Source: Camelus dromedarius
Taxonomy: Eukaryota
Direction of reading: 5' to 3'
Assembly: GCF_036321535.1 (NCBI RefSeq)
Contig: NC_087436.1
Coordinates: forward strand, 96,908,001 to 96,972,000
DNA: 64,000 nt
Shown here: positions 11,980 to 24,500 of the stretch, one piece after another
Numbering within the stretch: the stretch's first letter is position 1
Layout of the letters: each line of letters starts with the position of its first letter
Translations under genes and position numbers: made by a program
Notes under the pieces: generated by a model
Told to the model about the DNA's origin: nothing
Database searches by the model: none
Seen by the model: the letters and a program-made list of their open reading frames with translations, nothing else

Positions 11980-14593
11980 TCTTTTTAATTAAATTTTTCA
12001 TTTTGAGATGATTGTAGACTCTCATGCAATTGCAAGAAATAATACAGAGAATGCCTGTTTTCCTCCCATGCTATTGTCTTGCAAAACCTGTAGTACAACA
12101 TCACAACCAGTCAATATTGTCAGTTATCAATATTGAAATTGACATTGATGCAGTCAAATCACAGAACAATCTCAAAACCATGGGTAATTTTCCTCCTGCC
12201 TTTTTACAGCCACAACCACTTCCCCACCCACATCCCTCTTTATCTTTAGCCAACTGGAAATCACTAATCTGTTTTCTATTCTTATAACTTTGTCACTTTA
12301 GGAACATTATATAAGTGCAATCATACAGTGTATATAACCTTTCAAAATTGGCTTTTTTCACTCAGGATAATTCTCCTGAGATTTATCCATACTGTGTGTG
12401 TATGAATAGTTTTGTTTTGTTTGTTGTTATTGATTAAGTAATACTCCATATGGATATACTACAGTTTGTTAAAACTTTCATCCTCTGAAGGACATTTGAG
12501 TTGCTTCCAGTTTTGACTATTATGAATAAAGTTGAGATGGACATCTGCATACAGGTTTTCATGTGAACTTAAGTCTTTATTTCTCTGGGATAAATGCCAG
12601 AGTGTAATTGTTAAGTCATGCAATATTTGTATACTTAGTTTAATAGAAAATTGCCAAAATATTTTCCAGAGTACTTATACCATTTACATTCCCACTAGCA
12701 ATGTATAAGTAATCTGATTTCTTCACATCCTCACTAGCATTTGGTTCCATCACTGTTTTTCATTTTAGCCATTCTGATAGGTGTGTAGTGAGAATTCAGT
12801 GGCTTTAATTTTTCTCTAAAGGCTAATGATAATGAGAATCTTTTCATTTGCTTATTTGCCATCTATATATCATCTTCAGTAATATTTCTTTTCATGTCTT
12901 CTGCCCATTTTCTAATTAGATTATTTGATTTTTACCATTGAAATTAGAAAGTTCTTTATATATTCTAAACATTAGTCCTTTGAAGGTATTATCTCCTAGT
13001 TGCTGGCTTGTCTTTTCATCCTCTTAACAAGATCTTTCATAGAGCAAAGTTTATTTTGGGGAAAGAAGAATGAAGATGGAGGAATCAGACTACCCAATAT
13101 CGAGACTTATTATACATCTATGTTAAAAGATTATGTGGTATTGTCAGAGACTGAGACAGAAATCAATGAAACAGAGTAAAGAACCCAGAAATAGATTCAT
13201 ACAAGTACAGCTAACTGATTTTTTTCTCGTTTATTAACTTTTTCTTTTACAGATCATACTTTTCATGTCGTCTATAGATTATTTTCTTGATCAGAGAACC
13301 TGAAGAATTTCATCTATGTTGTCTTCTAAAAGTTTTATAACTTTATAAAAGTTAAGTTTGTGATCCATGTTGATTTTATTTTTATGCAAGATATGAGGCT
13401 TATGTTGAAGTTCAGCTTTTGTCTATGAATGTCCAATTGTTCAGCCACCATTTGTCATAATGCTATTCTTCCCCAGTTTGCACATTCGTCAAAAATTTAG
13501 TTGGCTACATTATGTATCAGTGCCCCTGACAATACCACACAGTCTTGTTTAATGTAGTTGCATAATATGTGTAATCTGATTTCTCCAAGTTTTTGTTCTT
13601 CCTTTTAAAATATGATTTGGCTAGTCTGGTTCATTTGCCTCTCCATATAAATTTTAGAAAAGCTGTGTTTATAGTTATGAAAAAAATCTTGCGGGGATTT
13701 TGATAGGAATTGCTTTAAACCTGTATGTTAATTTGGAAAGAATTGATATCTTTAATATATTGAGTCTTCCATCCCATTAATCTGGTATATCATTTAAATT
13801 TTCTTTGACTTCTTTCATCAGTGGTGTCATATTTTTATTTTGATATTCATATGTTTATTGCTAGTATATAGACTTAGAAATTTTTGTATGTTTGTGTTGT
13901 ATTCTGCAACTTTACTGAATACAACAAAGTTTTTGTAGATTTCTTGAGATTTTCTACATGGACAATCCACAAATAGGTATAGTTTTATTTCTTCCTTTTA
14001 GGTCTAGGTCTTTTATTTCCTTTTCTTGTTTTATTGTCCTTGATATGAATTTTAGTAATATGTTGAACAAGGGCTGTAAGAGTGGACATTTTTGCCTTGT
14101 TCCTGATTGCAGAGGAAAAGAATTCAATCTTTAACCATTAAGTATGATGCTAGCTATAGGTTTTTTGGTAGATAATCTTTGTCAAACTGAGTTGGTGCCG
14201 TCTACTTCTATTTGTATGGGAGGTTTCATCATGGATGAATGTTGAATTTTGTCAAATCTCTTTTATGCCTTGATTGATATGATCATGCAATATTCTTCTT
14301 TAGCCTGTTAATATGGTGAATTACACTGATGAATTTTCAAATATCGAGTCAGCTTTGCCTCCTTGGAAAAAACTCCACTTGGCTATGGTATATAATTCTT
14401 TTTATATATTGCTGAATTTTATCTGCTAATATTTAGTTAAGAAATTTTATATCTATGTGCATGAGTAATATCGGTCTATAGTTTTCTTTCTTTTTTTTAA
14501 CTGCCTTTGGTTTTTGTATATTAACTTTATAAATTAATTAGGAAATGTTTTCTCCTTTTTTTATTTTCTGAAAGGTTGTGTAGAATTGGTATT
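11980..14593 (-). mobile_element. Old L1 (L1MC-like), 3' portion, interrupted by a MaLR
   Basis: L1MC-type 3' end (TTTTGAGATGATTGTAGACTCTCATGCAATTGCAAGAAATAATACAGAG) followed by antisense ORF2 sequence. Confidence 0.85.
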
Positions 14594-16599
14594 TGCTGTG
14601 GACTGCATGTTTGTGGTTCCCTAACTTCACATGGTGAAACCCTAATCTCCAATGTGTTGATATTTAGAGATGAGTCTTTTGGGATGTACTTAGAATATGA
14701 AGGTAGAATTCTCATGATGTGATCAATGCCCTTGTAAGAAGATACACAAGGAAACTAGCTGGCTAGCTTAGCTAACTTGCATGTGCATTCTTTCTCTCTT
14801 TCTTTCTCTTTCTCTTTCTCTTTCTCTTTCTCTGCCATATGAGGATACAGCAACAAAGTAGCTATCTGTAAACCAGGAAGAGCGATCTCACCAGATTTTG
14901 ACTGTGTTGGCACCCTATTCTCTGACTTCCAGCCTCCAGAACTGTGAAAAATGCTTGTTTTTTAAGTCACTGAATCGATAGTGTTTGCTATAGTAATTAA
15001 GACAGACACTGGTACTGAGAAGTGGGGTGCTGCTGTAACAAATACTTAAAATGTGGAAGCAGCTTTGAAATTGGCTAACAGATAGAGGCTGAAAGAATTT
15101 TGAGGTACATGCTAGGAAAACCCAATATTGCTGTGAAGAGATTTTTAATGATGCTTCTGGTGAAAGCTCAGAAAGAAATGAAGAGAGCTGGAGAGAAAGG
15201 CTCTATCTTCTTATAAAATACATAAATGATTATGTACAGAAAGGTGGTAGAAATTTGGATGATAAAGTCCATTCTGATGAAGTCTCAGATGGAAATGAGA
15301 AACATGTTAAATGAACTAAGGACAGAATTGTTAAGCAAGAAAGGAACCAGAATTTTAAGATTTGGACAATTCTCAGGCTATTCATATTATAAAAAAATGA
15401 GAAAGCATATGTGCAAGAGAACACCAAGGGTATGGCTGATCAACCATTTGATAAGGAAATTAGTGTGATGTAAACCATGGACCTAATCAGCTATCCCAGC
15501 AGAGGATGGGAACAGAGATGGTATTATACCAGCAAAGACACTACCAGTTTAAACTAAAAGAAATAGAGAAAATATGATTTAATGAAGGAAATCTGTTAGT
15601 CTTTTTGAATTTTACAGGATTGACTCTTGAGCTGTTCAGCTTTGAACATGCACTATTCTTCAAAACAAGGGAAGAGTGATCCTGTAGGAAATTCAAAGAC
15701 CATCACGGCTGCCTCCTTGGTTTTAAAAGTGAGGGTAGGAGGGGGACATCACCTAAGTTTCAGCAGGCCAGATGGTCTCTGCCCATAGTCTTGGGAGTGA
15801 GACTGTCCAGAGCTGAGGTGGTAGGGCCACCCTGAACCTTGGGGATTATACTCCCCACCAGACAGATTCCTGGGGGTGGACTCCCTTGTTTGGCAGAGCT
15901 GTAGGAGCAAGACTACAACCCTGGTGGGTCATATGTCAGGATCTCTACTCTAGTGGGTCCAGGAGGCACAGCATCTAGCCAAAGATGACTATTCTCCAAG
16001 CTAAAATCTCGTCAAGTTTACCTTGCTAGGTTTTCGATTTGCTTGGCACCTGCCACCCTATTTCTACCTGTTTCCCTTTTGGAATGGGAATGTCTATCCT
16101 ATGCCTGTCCTACCATTATATTTTGGAAATGCATAACTTGTATGGTTGCATAGATTCATAGCCGGAAAGAAGTTTTGCCTCAAGATGAATCATACTTCAA
16201 GTCTTACTTGTATCTGATATAGATAGTATTTAGAGAAAAATTTGGACTTTAGGTCTTAGAGTTGGTGATGGAATAAGTTAAGACTTTTGGAACTATTGGG
16301 TTGGAATGAATGTAGTTTGCATAAGAGAAGAACATGAATGGGGTGGGGGACAGAATGTCATGGGATGCAGGCTTATATCCCCTCAAAATTCATATGTTGA
16401 AACCTTAATCCCCAGTGTAATGGTATTTGGATGGGGCCTTTGTTAAGTAATTAGATCATGATGGTAGAAGCTTTGTGGTGGGATTAGTGCTTGTCTAAGA
16501 AGAGACTTTCAACCTCCAGAACTGTGAGAAATAAATGTTTACTGATTAAGTGACATAGTCTAGTGTATTTGTTATAGTAGTTCAAGCTGAAGTCGAACA
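14594..16599 (+). mobile_element. MaLR LTR retrotransposon (MLT1A-like): 5' LTR 14594-15004, internal region, internally deleted 3' LTR 16356-16599
   Basis: TG...CA LTRs with shared motifs (AAACCCTAATC, CCTCCAGAACTGTGA). The internal region starts GACACTGGTACTGAGAAGTGGGGTGCTGCTG and has a polypurine tract before the 3' LTR. 5-bp TSD GTATT/GTGTT. The host L1 resumes in register. Confidence 0.9.
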
Positions 16600-17680
16600 G
16601 TGTTAAATCTTCCTTAAATGTTTGATAAAATTATCTAGTAAAATCATCTGGGCCTGGACATTTCTTTTGGGGGGAGTTTTAAATTAAAATTTTAATTTCT
16701 TTAATAAGTATAGAGCTACTCAAGTGACCTATTTCATATAGGGAGAGTTGTGGTAGCTTGTGCTTTTAAAGGAATTGTTTAATTTTATTTATGCTGTGAA
16801 TGTATGTTTGTAGAATTGTTTAAGGTATTTCTTTATTATAACTTTGATGTTTGGAGTCTGTCGTTCTGTTCTATTTTTCATTCTTAATTTAGAGGTTTGT
16901 CAATTTTAATAATCTTTTCAAAGAAACAACATTTTGTTTCATTGATTTTCTCTTTTCATTTTCATTGATTTTATCTCTTTATTGTTCTGTTTCTTTTGCT
17001 TCTTTTAGATTTATTTTGTTCTTTTCCTAGCTTCTTGAGAGGAAAGCTTAGATTATGGATTTTGTACTTCCCACTTTTCTAATGTAAGCATTTAGTGCTA
17101 TAAATTTCTCAACACTGCTTTTATACTATAATTTTTTAATATGTTTTAGTTTCTTCTTTCGTTCAGTTTGATGTATTTTGTGGTTTCCCCTAACAAGTCT
17201 TCTTTTCACTGATGAATTGTTTATAAGTGTGTTGTTTAGTTTCCAAATATTTATAGATTTTTTTCTTGTTATCTTCTGTTATTAGTAAGTAGTTTGAGTT
17301 CATTGTAGACAGAGACCACATTCTATATGAATTCAATTCTTTTAAATTTATTGAGTTAAAAATTTTATTACCTAGGATATGATCTCTCATGGTATACATT
17401 TCATGGGTTCTCAGAAAATGTGTATTCTGCAATTGTTGAGTAGGTATTCTATAAATGTGTGTTAGTTGATGTTAGCTGATGGTGTTGATAAGTTCCTATG
17501 CGTACTTGTTGATTTCTTACCTTGTTCTATCAATTGTTGAGAGAGGGATGTAGACATCTCCCACTATACTTGTAGATTTGACTATTTTTCCTTTCAGTTC
17601 TGTCAGTTTTTGCCTCACATATTTTGTAGTGCTGTTGTTTGGTTCACATGCATATAAGATTATTATGTTTTCTTGGGAGG
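16600..17680 (-). mobile_element. Continuation of the old L1 (antisense ORF2)
   Basis: Antisense ORF2 motifs (CATCTGGGCCTGG, GTTTCCAAATATTT, GTTCTATCAATTGTTGAGAGAGGG). Confidence 0.85.
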
Positions 17681-19829
17681 TAAGTGACAATCTCAGTTTT
17701 GTTTTTAATTTTTTTTAAGAAATCAGTTTTTGACTCAGCTCCCACTTGGTTTTGTTACTTGGAATACAAATTTATATTCTTTCCTTTGCTGTGAGTTTTT
17801 CGTGCATATTCTAGGTACCTATGGTTGTTATTCTTTTTTCATTAATAATACCATAATCAGTGCTGGTTACCTAAGACTCACTGCTCTGTGCTCCATTGTT
17901 TCTGAAGTCCCTCCTCCATCCCTTTTCTGACACTGACTCTGCAACTAAAGGGATATCTCTCAATTGAATATTGGCAATCAGTCTAAGAAATTCTTTGACA
18001 TTAAGAGTTTCTACTTACATTGGACTCTAAATTTAGCTGCCTTTTTCAAAGAATTAAGAACATGTCCTGGAGTTATGCCAAAGAGCATTTGAGTAGCACA
18101 CTACATTCTCAAGCCAAAAGATAGAGAATGTATACTCCAGATCCTATGGAGAAAGTGACAGAGAGAGCTCCCCATCTTCCAGGTAGTCAGTATTACTGTT
18201 AAAAGTATAACAAAGTGAAACTGTCAGGCTACCACTTGTGTTTGTACATAGTTTACAACATGATTGGTGTGCCCTTTGTAGTTGATGGGTCATAATCTGG
18301 ACACATACACTTCAGTCCTGGGTTGCAATTCATCAGGTCTTAATTAAAATGTATCCTCTTTTTAGCTTTACAATGCTGAAAAAAGAATAAGAGAAATTTA
18401 GAAATAAAAAGTATATGGCCACTCAATAATTTAATGGGTTAAAACAGTGTATTACTTGAGTTAAACTGGTACAAATTGCTTATAAAGGGAAATTGAATTA
18501 TCAAAAGTAGAATCTGAAAACTTAAGGAGCTGCTTAAAGAAACAAATAATGAGACACCTATATTTCCATGTCTGTCAATGGCATACAATCTTTCTCTGAG
18601 TTTTTTAATAAGAAAAAAGTATATATAAGTATGTGTATTATTACAGAGTACATAAATTTTTCTGTAGTAGATATTGGATAAATGCTACCTGAAATTACTC
18701 TAGAGAAATAAAATTGTAGGTGGAAAATAATCATTAGTGATTTTTTTCTGGCCCATTTTCAATTAAGAAACCCATGAGTTTGTAAAGCTGCTCTGAATAG
18801 CTCTCCAAGGTGAAGCAAGTAGAAGTGGGTTCTGAAATGATCTGCCCAAAGAGCATCAAGACAGTTCTTTTATTTAATACACATATTTGAGTTTGACTAT
18901 GTTTTTTCTTTGAGTGGAGAATAGATCCTCCAATTTTGTTGATATGTAGCAGATGAGTTGGAATCACAAGTGAAACCAAAGTTAAAATAGAGAATAGGCT
19001 TTACTTCCCCATGATTCTGTCATAGAATGGAATAAAATTGGACTAGCCGGATACTCCTCTCATTGTCGTGAGAAACTTTCATTGTGTATTCTATAAGAAC
19101 CTTCTCTAGCTAAGCAGTCTCTTAAGTCACTGGAGTTTAAATTTATGTGCAGACTTATCCTGCAAAACTGGAGTGAAACACAAACATACTCAGCCATACT
19201 GCTAAATCAACAAATATTATGAATTAATTGTAATCCCATTGGAAGATTTACAATACAATTCAATATGCCGTTAAAACCCCATTTCACTTGCTGCAGAATA
19301 AATGCAGATATGACTTATAACCTAACAACTAAATTGGACTTTACATTAGTAGAATGTGTCACTCTGAATGTGAAATATATAACATCAGACCTGATCTCCT
19401 ATGCAGCAGATTTTTTCGGTGAACATGGATACATGCACACTTTCTCTTGTCTTCAGTTTATGTAGAAAATCTATATTTTGAACAAACATATGAAAATATG
19501 TTATTAAATTCTTCCAAATACCTTCATATATTTTAACTTGCTTTTATGCTCTGAGCTTATTATGTAAATATCATTTGCATTTTCCATTTTTACCATCAGT
19601 AGTAGTTTTCCATGTGAAATGGATGCAGCAAGAATGTTGAGAATGTTCAGAATAAGAATGTTATATTTATATCCAACTAGATTTAAGGTAGATCTCTTTA
19701 TAATTATAAAATTTGAAAGGGAGTTTGCATTGAGATCAAAGAACTTTGTGTAAGTTACATAACTAAATGTTATAAAATCAGATGCATAATAAAAAAATCT
19801 AATGATGTTTAATGCATATTCCACATCAG

Positions 19830-19972
19830 ACCTGGTGATAAATGCCTTACAAATATGAACTCATTTGATTCACTCGACCAGCCTTCAAGATAAGGATTAT
19901 TATCCCCATTTTAGAAAAAAAAAAAGTGATGTGGGAAGGTTAAGTAATTGATCCAATAACAAATAATTAGTA
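19830..19972 (-). mobile_element. MIR SINE relic
   Basis: Reverse complement of the MIR core (ATTATTATCCCCATTTTA...GGTTAAGTAATTG). Confidence 0.7.
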
Positions 19973-21289
19973 TCTTATAATCTCCATATAACACTCATCA
20001 TTTACTTAAAACTGGTGTTTGATGTTGTACTTTTACAGAGAGGAAAACACTCTTTGTCTAATTTTCTAGTATGGTTTATATCCTGACTATAGAGAAGACT
20101 GGTCTCCATCGGTAATTTGGCTCAGAAACGTGCAACTACACTGACATAGGTTTCAAAGGTGGAAGTTTGGGGGATAGATTCTGCTAGAAGTAAGTGAATA
20201 GTGGAGGTGTTTGGGATATTCTGTGTGCCCAGTTTCCAAACACTGGATGAGAATCGGTCTTTCTTTTCCTTTAAAAATTTTTAAATGAACAAAATCTCAC
20301 ATAGGTCTGCAAGCAATTAACTGCAAATATCCAAAAGGGGAGCATAGTTTAACATATGCAAAGAAAATGCTTTCTTTTGAAAAAGAATATGTTATTAAAA
20401 AAACCAAAGAAAAATTTAGAAAATATTTGAAATAAACATGGACCACAAACTAACAAAACATGAGAAGAAATGGAAAGAGGTAGAGATGGGAAAGGATACA
20501 ATGTAAAGGAAAAAAAGGAAAAGAAGTAAGTAAAAGTACAGTTTCAAGAAGTAAAATCTTGCAATAAAGAGCAAAGTGGTGCACTAGGAATCCAACTCAG
20601 TGATGAACTAAGTAGTGTTGAGAAGCTTTATGTTGATGCAGAAATAAAGGAGAAAGCTGTGAGAATTCTAAGAGCAATGGAGAAAAGGAATATACATTGC
20701 ATGGATGATGGGTATGCCCAAAGGAAAAACCAGAGCAGTTTAACAGAAGCCATTTTCAAAGTCAAGATATCCTGGTCTACAGATCAAAACTCTCACCAAG
20801 TAGAAAGAAAAATCAATAAAAGACTCTAACATCTAGACCTGTCCTGTCTTTCTATCTCTATTTGTTATTTCAGTGATATGAGGGAAAACCCTGCATCCAG
20901 GTAGATAAAAGAGATGTAATAATCTAGTTGATTGTATACTTTTCACCAATGCTAGATTCAAGAAAGAAATGTCTCACAGTCTAAAGAGTAATGGAGGAAA
21001 ACATTTGTGATCCAAGAATTCTACATCCAATCAAGTTGTAATCATGAGCATAACCAAAGTGATTTAAACCTGAAGTGTCTGTAATGAAATATCTCTCATT
21101 ATAATCTCAATAAATATTTTGTGAATGATAATAAACTTAATTGAGCCAGAATACAACTGACCATATTATTCACTTAATCAGAATTCTTAGCAGGTAATAT
21201 CAATAAAAATATATTTAAAAAAAAAAAGAATGTTAGGACTCCAAAAAGCACAATTTGAAACCCAGTGATCTACAAGAAAATGTCCATAC

Positions 21290-21571
21290 TTATTAGAAAA
21301 TTCAGAGTTTTCTTTGTTGATCTCCTGGGATACGTGTTTAAAGCGCCAACAGCGCCACAGTATTTTGTGGAGAGGACCAAAGGTGGAACCTCAGCAAATA
21401 CCTGGAATAGGTGTTTAAACTGGTCTTGAGATGGTGCAAGGAAAGGCCTGCTATGTTTAAAGGACCAAATGAATCGTTCAGGAAAAGTTTCAGAAGAATT
21501 ATGATCAAACTCGTTAGGTATGGTAATCTGGAAAGTATGTTGGTCTACACTGGCTAACAGCATAATTAGAT
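21290..21571 (-). CDS. Candidate internal coding exon (282 bp, phase 1/1) of an unidentified minus-strand gene
   Basis: Acceptor ttatttttttAG|AT, then the open frame LIMLLASVDQHTFQITIPNEFDHNSSETFPERFIWSFKHSRPFLAPSQDQFKHLFQVFAEVPPLVLSTKYCGAVGALNTYPRRSTKKTLNFLI, then donor ATAA|GTATGG. An alternative donor CAG|GTATTT would end the exon at 21402. Non-repetitive, with several retained CpGs. Confidence 0.5.
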
Positions 21572-24500
21572 CTAAAAAAATAATCTAAATGCCCATTAAA
21601 AAAAACCTCTTTACAATAACATTCATTATTTTCTTCTCCTTCATCAGGTGCAAAAGAATATCGCCCATTAAATAACTCTTTGCTAGAACCATTCCTAATG
21701 ACATAAGGGACCCTTTGTATTAGTCTAAGAGTAAGTTCTTATAGCATGGATGACCTAGATTTTGTTGTAGGTAAGGTACTCAGTACATCATATGTCTACC
21801 TCAAAGACCCTTTTGTGACTTGGTCCCCTAATCAGACCCTAAAATTCCATTAAGGGGGATAAAAATTGTTCATCATGATTTGGCCCTGAGAAAGGAGGAC
21901 TCTGAATTTGTCCTTCTTCACATTGGACCACTTCTAACACTGTTCTTTGATGCTGGTTGAGATGTGAATAGCTTTGACTGATTCAATAGTACTGATTTAC
22001 ATGCGCCATTTTTGCTTCACTGATTTTCAATCAATTGATATTCACACTCCTACTTATTAGCTATAATGAGCCAGAAATGGCTAATATTCCTTCCAAAAGC
22101 AAAAGAATGTTCCCTGCATTTGACTTCATGGGAAAAGTAATTATTTTTCTCTATTTCCCCTCCTAGTTCTGATGTAAATTTCTGGCAATTGAGAAATACT
22201 GTGAGGGAAGTGTATTCAACAAAATTTCAAAAAGTACTACCATGCAGCATATGGAAATTTGTATTATATGTGTGAAATGACTCAGTGTTTCAAAGTCATT
22301 AATTTTCTCCCATTTTTCAAAGGATTCTGTTGCCATGTAGCCTGTATCTTATTTTATGGGCATGTGCAGGCACCTCCCCTCTCTCCATGTGCCCACACAA
22401 TATACCGCACATTTAATCAGCATCCAAGTTGATCTCACTTGGAGAATCATTGCTACTTCCTAAAAAGGCCCAAGAGAAATCTATTCTTGCAAGAGGCCAA
22501 AACATTGACACGTTGTAGTTAAAAGGAACTTTTTGAATGTCCCAGGATTCCAATATAAGTTGAAACAGTAAGGTAAAATTACAGAAAACTCACATTTCTG
22601 AGTTTCTTTTCACCACAGTGAATAAGGGAACTGAACAATATTGACTTCAGAAATAGTTCCTGAAGAGAAAAAAATTGTTTTCATTGGAGAGCAGCTTGTG
22701 ATGTTATTGCCATTAAGAATTTTAAGCAGAAATTGCATGACGAAGGGTCAGGTTAACACTACATATTTTGAGCAATGTGAAGACAAAACAAAACTTAAGT
22801 TTTGTAGAATATTATGACAGAAAAGAGATGTTGTTCATAAACATGTATTACCTCCCATAACAACTAATTTCTCAATTCTCAGTCTCCCTGCACCAGTGTC
22901 TTTCTTAGTTATTTAAGAATAGGATTCCAGGGAGGAAAAGACAAGAAGAGCAAACAGTGAGTAAGTCTTTCTTAGGAGGAGATTGTTGTCTGATGGGGAA
23001 GACATAATTGTGCAAAAGTTGTGGTCTTATATTCATGTCATAAGCTCACTGTGGTGAAAAGAAGAGTAATAACAATAATAGATTTTATCAATTTTCTGTT
23101 ATACAATTTACTTTCTACCTTGAGCCCTCATTTTACTAGGGGCAGAAATGAAGTCTTGGCCAATGCTGTTAATTTTGGTTGATTTTGATTAACCTCCTTT
23201 TTAGTTTTCCTTGTCTCTTCCTAGAATTGTGTTTAAGTTAGCAGTGAGAAGATGAGAGATATACTTAGGGCCACAGTATCATGTAATGGGTCCTTGCTTG
23301 TCATCTTTCCACGTTGTCACCCAGTGAGGCACTCTGTCCCACCTAGTCTTGGTGGTTGGTGGAGGCAGATTGTTAATGCATCCTCCTTGACCCTACCTCA
23401 GGGCCACTTCATCTTTGGCTCTTTGTTCAAGATGCTCTTTATTCTCACTTAGTATATAGCATGTTCCTGTGACTGCTCAAGAATGGGTGGAGGCTCTAAA
23501 TCTACCATGGCACCGTACTTGAGGACATTTCCACAACAATTCTACTATGAGTTTGGCTGACTTCTCAGTTCCACCCAGGAGAGGGAACTACAAGCCTTCT
23601 CTGTGGTCAAGTTTGTAACCTATCTGGAGTTCTATTACCCTAAAACTAGCCCATTGAAGGAGACTCCTATCAAGGACAGAGGATATTCTAAGGTCTTGCT
23701 TCTCCACCAATTCTCAGTTTTAGCCCAGAGATAATAATCTGTCTATTTAAATGAAGGGAAGAATTGATGGGAAAAGTGATTCTCTCCTAAGTAGTCTCCC
23801 AGATCTGTTGTTTACGGTTTTGGGCTTTCTGGTCTTAGATCCTTACAGACTTAGATTCTGATACTCAAAAGTATCAAAAATTTTTAACAACCCCCTCAAC
23901 CACCACCTCCCCATTTTTTTTCACTAACTCTTTCATTGGTTTTTCTCAGCATTCTTATTTGACATTGAGGACACAGATTGATGAAGGAAGGCCATGGGGT
24001 CAAAATAAATTACCAGAGCAAAAAAATTTGATTAATATATCAAAATATCATTATGTCATATAGATACAGGATCTGATGAGTATTATAGTGGAAAATCCTC
24101 TGGTAACATAGAGAAGAAGGCAATATTGGTCAAGTGTTGATATATACATTATAGTAAAAAATAATAGATTTAATACCTTCCCTCTGATCTCCCCTCTACT
24201 CAGAGTTTCTCCCACGGGAAATGTCTGTTTATGGATTGTAATTGATATGCAAATGCATATAATGTATATCTAAAATTATATCTCATTTAGGTGGTCATCT
24301 TTTAATTTTGTCTTGAATGCAGGCACAAAATTTTTCAGTCAGGGACAGATGATTGTTATTCACTTTAAAGCAAATAATAATCATGTGGTTTCCCACCTCA
24401 CAATTCTTACTCCTGTGGAGGTGCAATAAAATTAAATGTCCTATGCATAGAGAAGTGTTGAAAAGAATAAACCTGGATATTTGTATAGAAGAGATAGGAG

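Noticed and set aside
22614..23053. CACAGTG/CACTGTG heptamers suggesting V(D)J recombination signals or Transib ends
   Set aside because: No ACAAAAACC-like nonamer at 12- or 23-bp spacing, and no V or J segments nearby.
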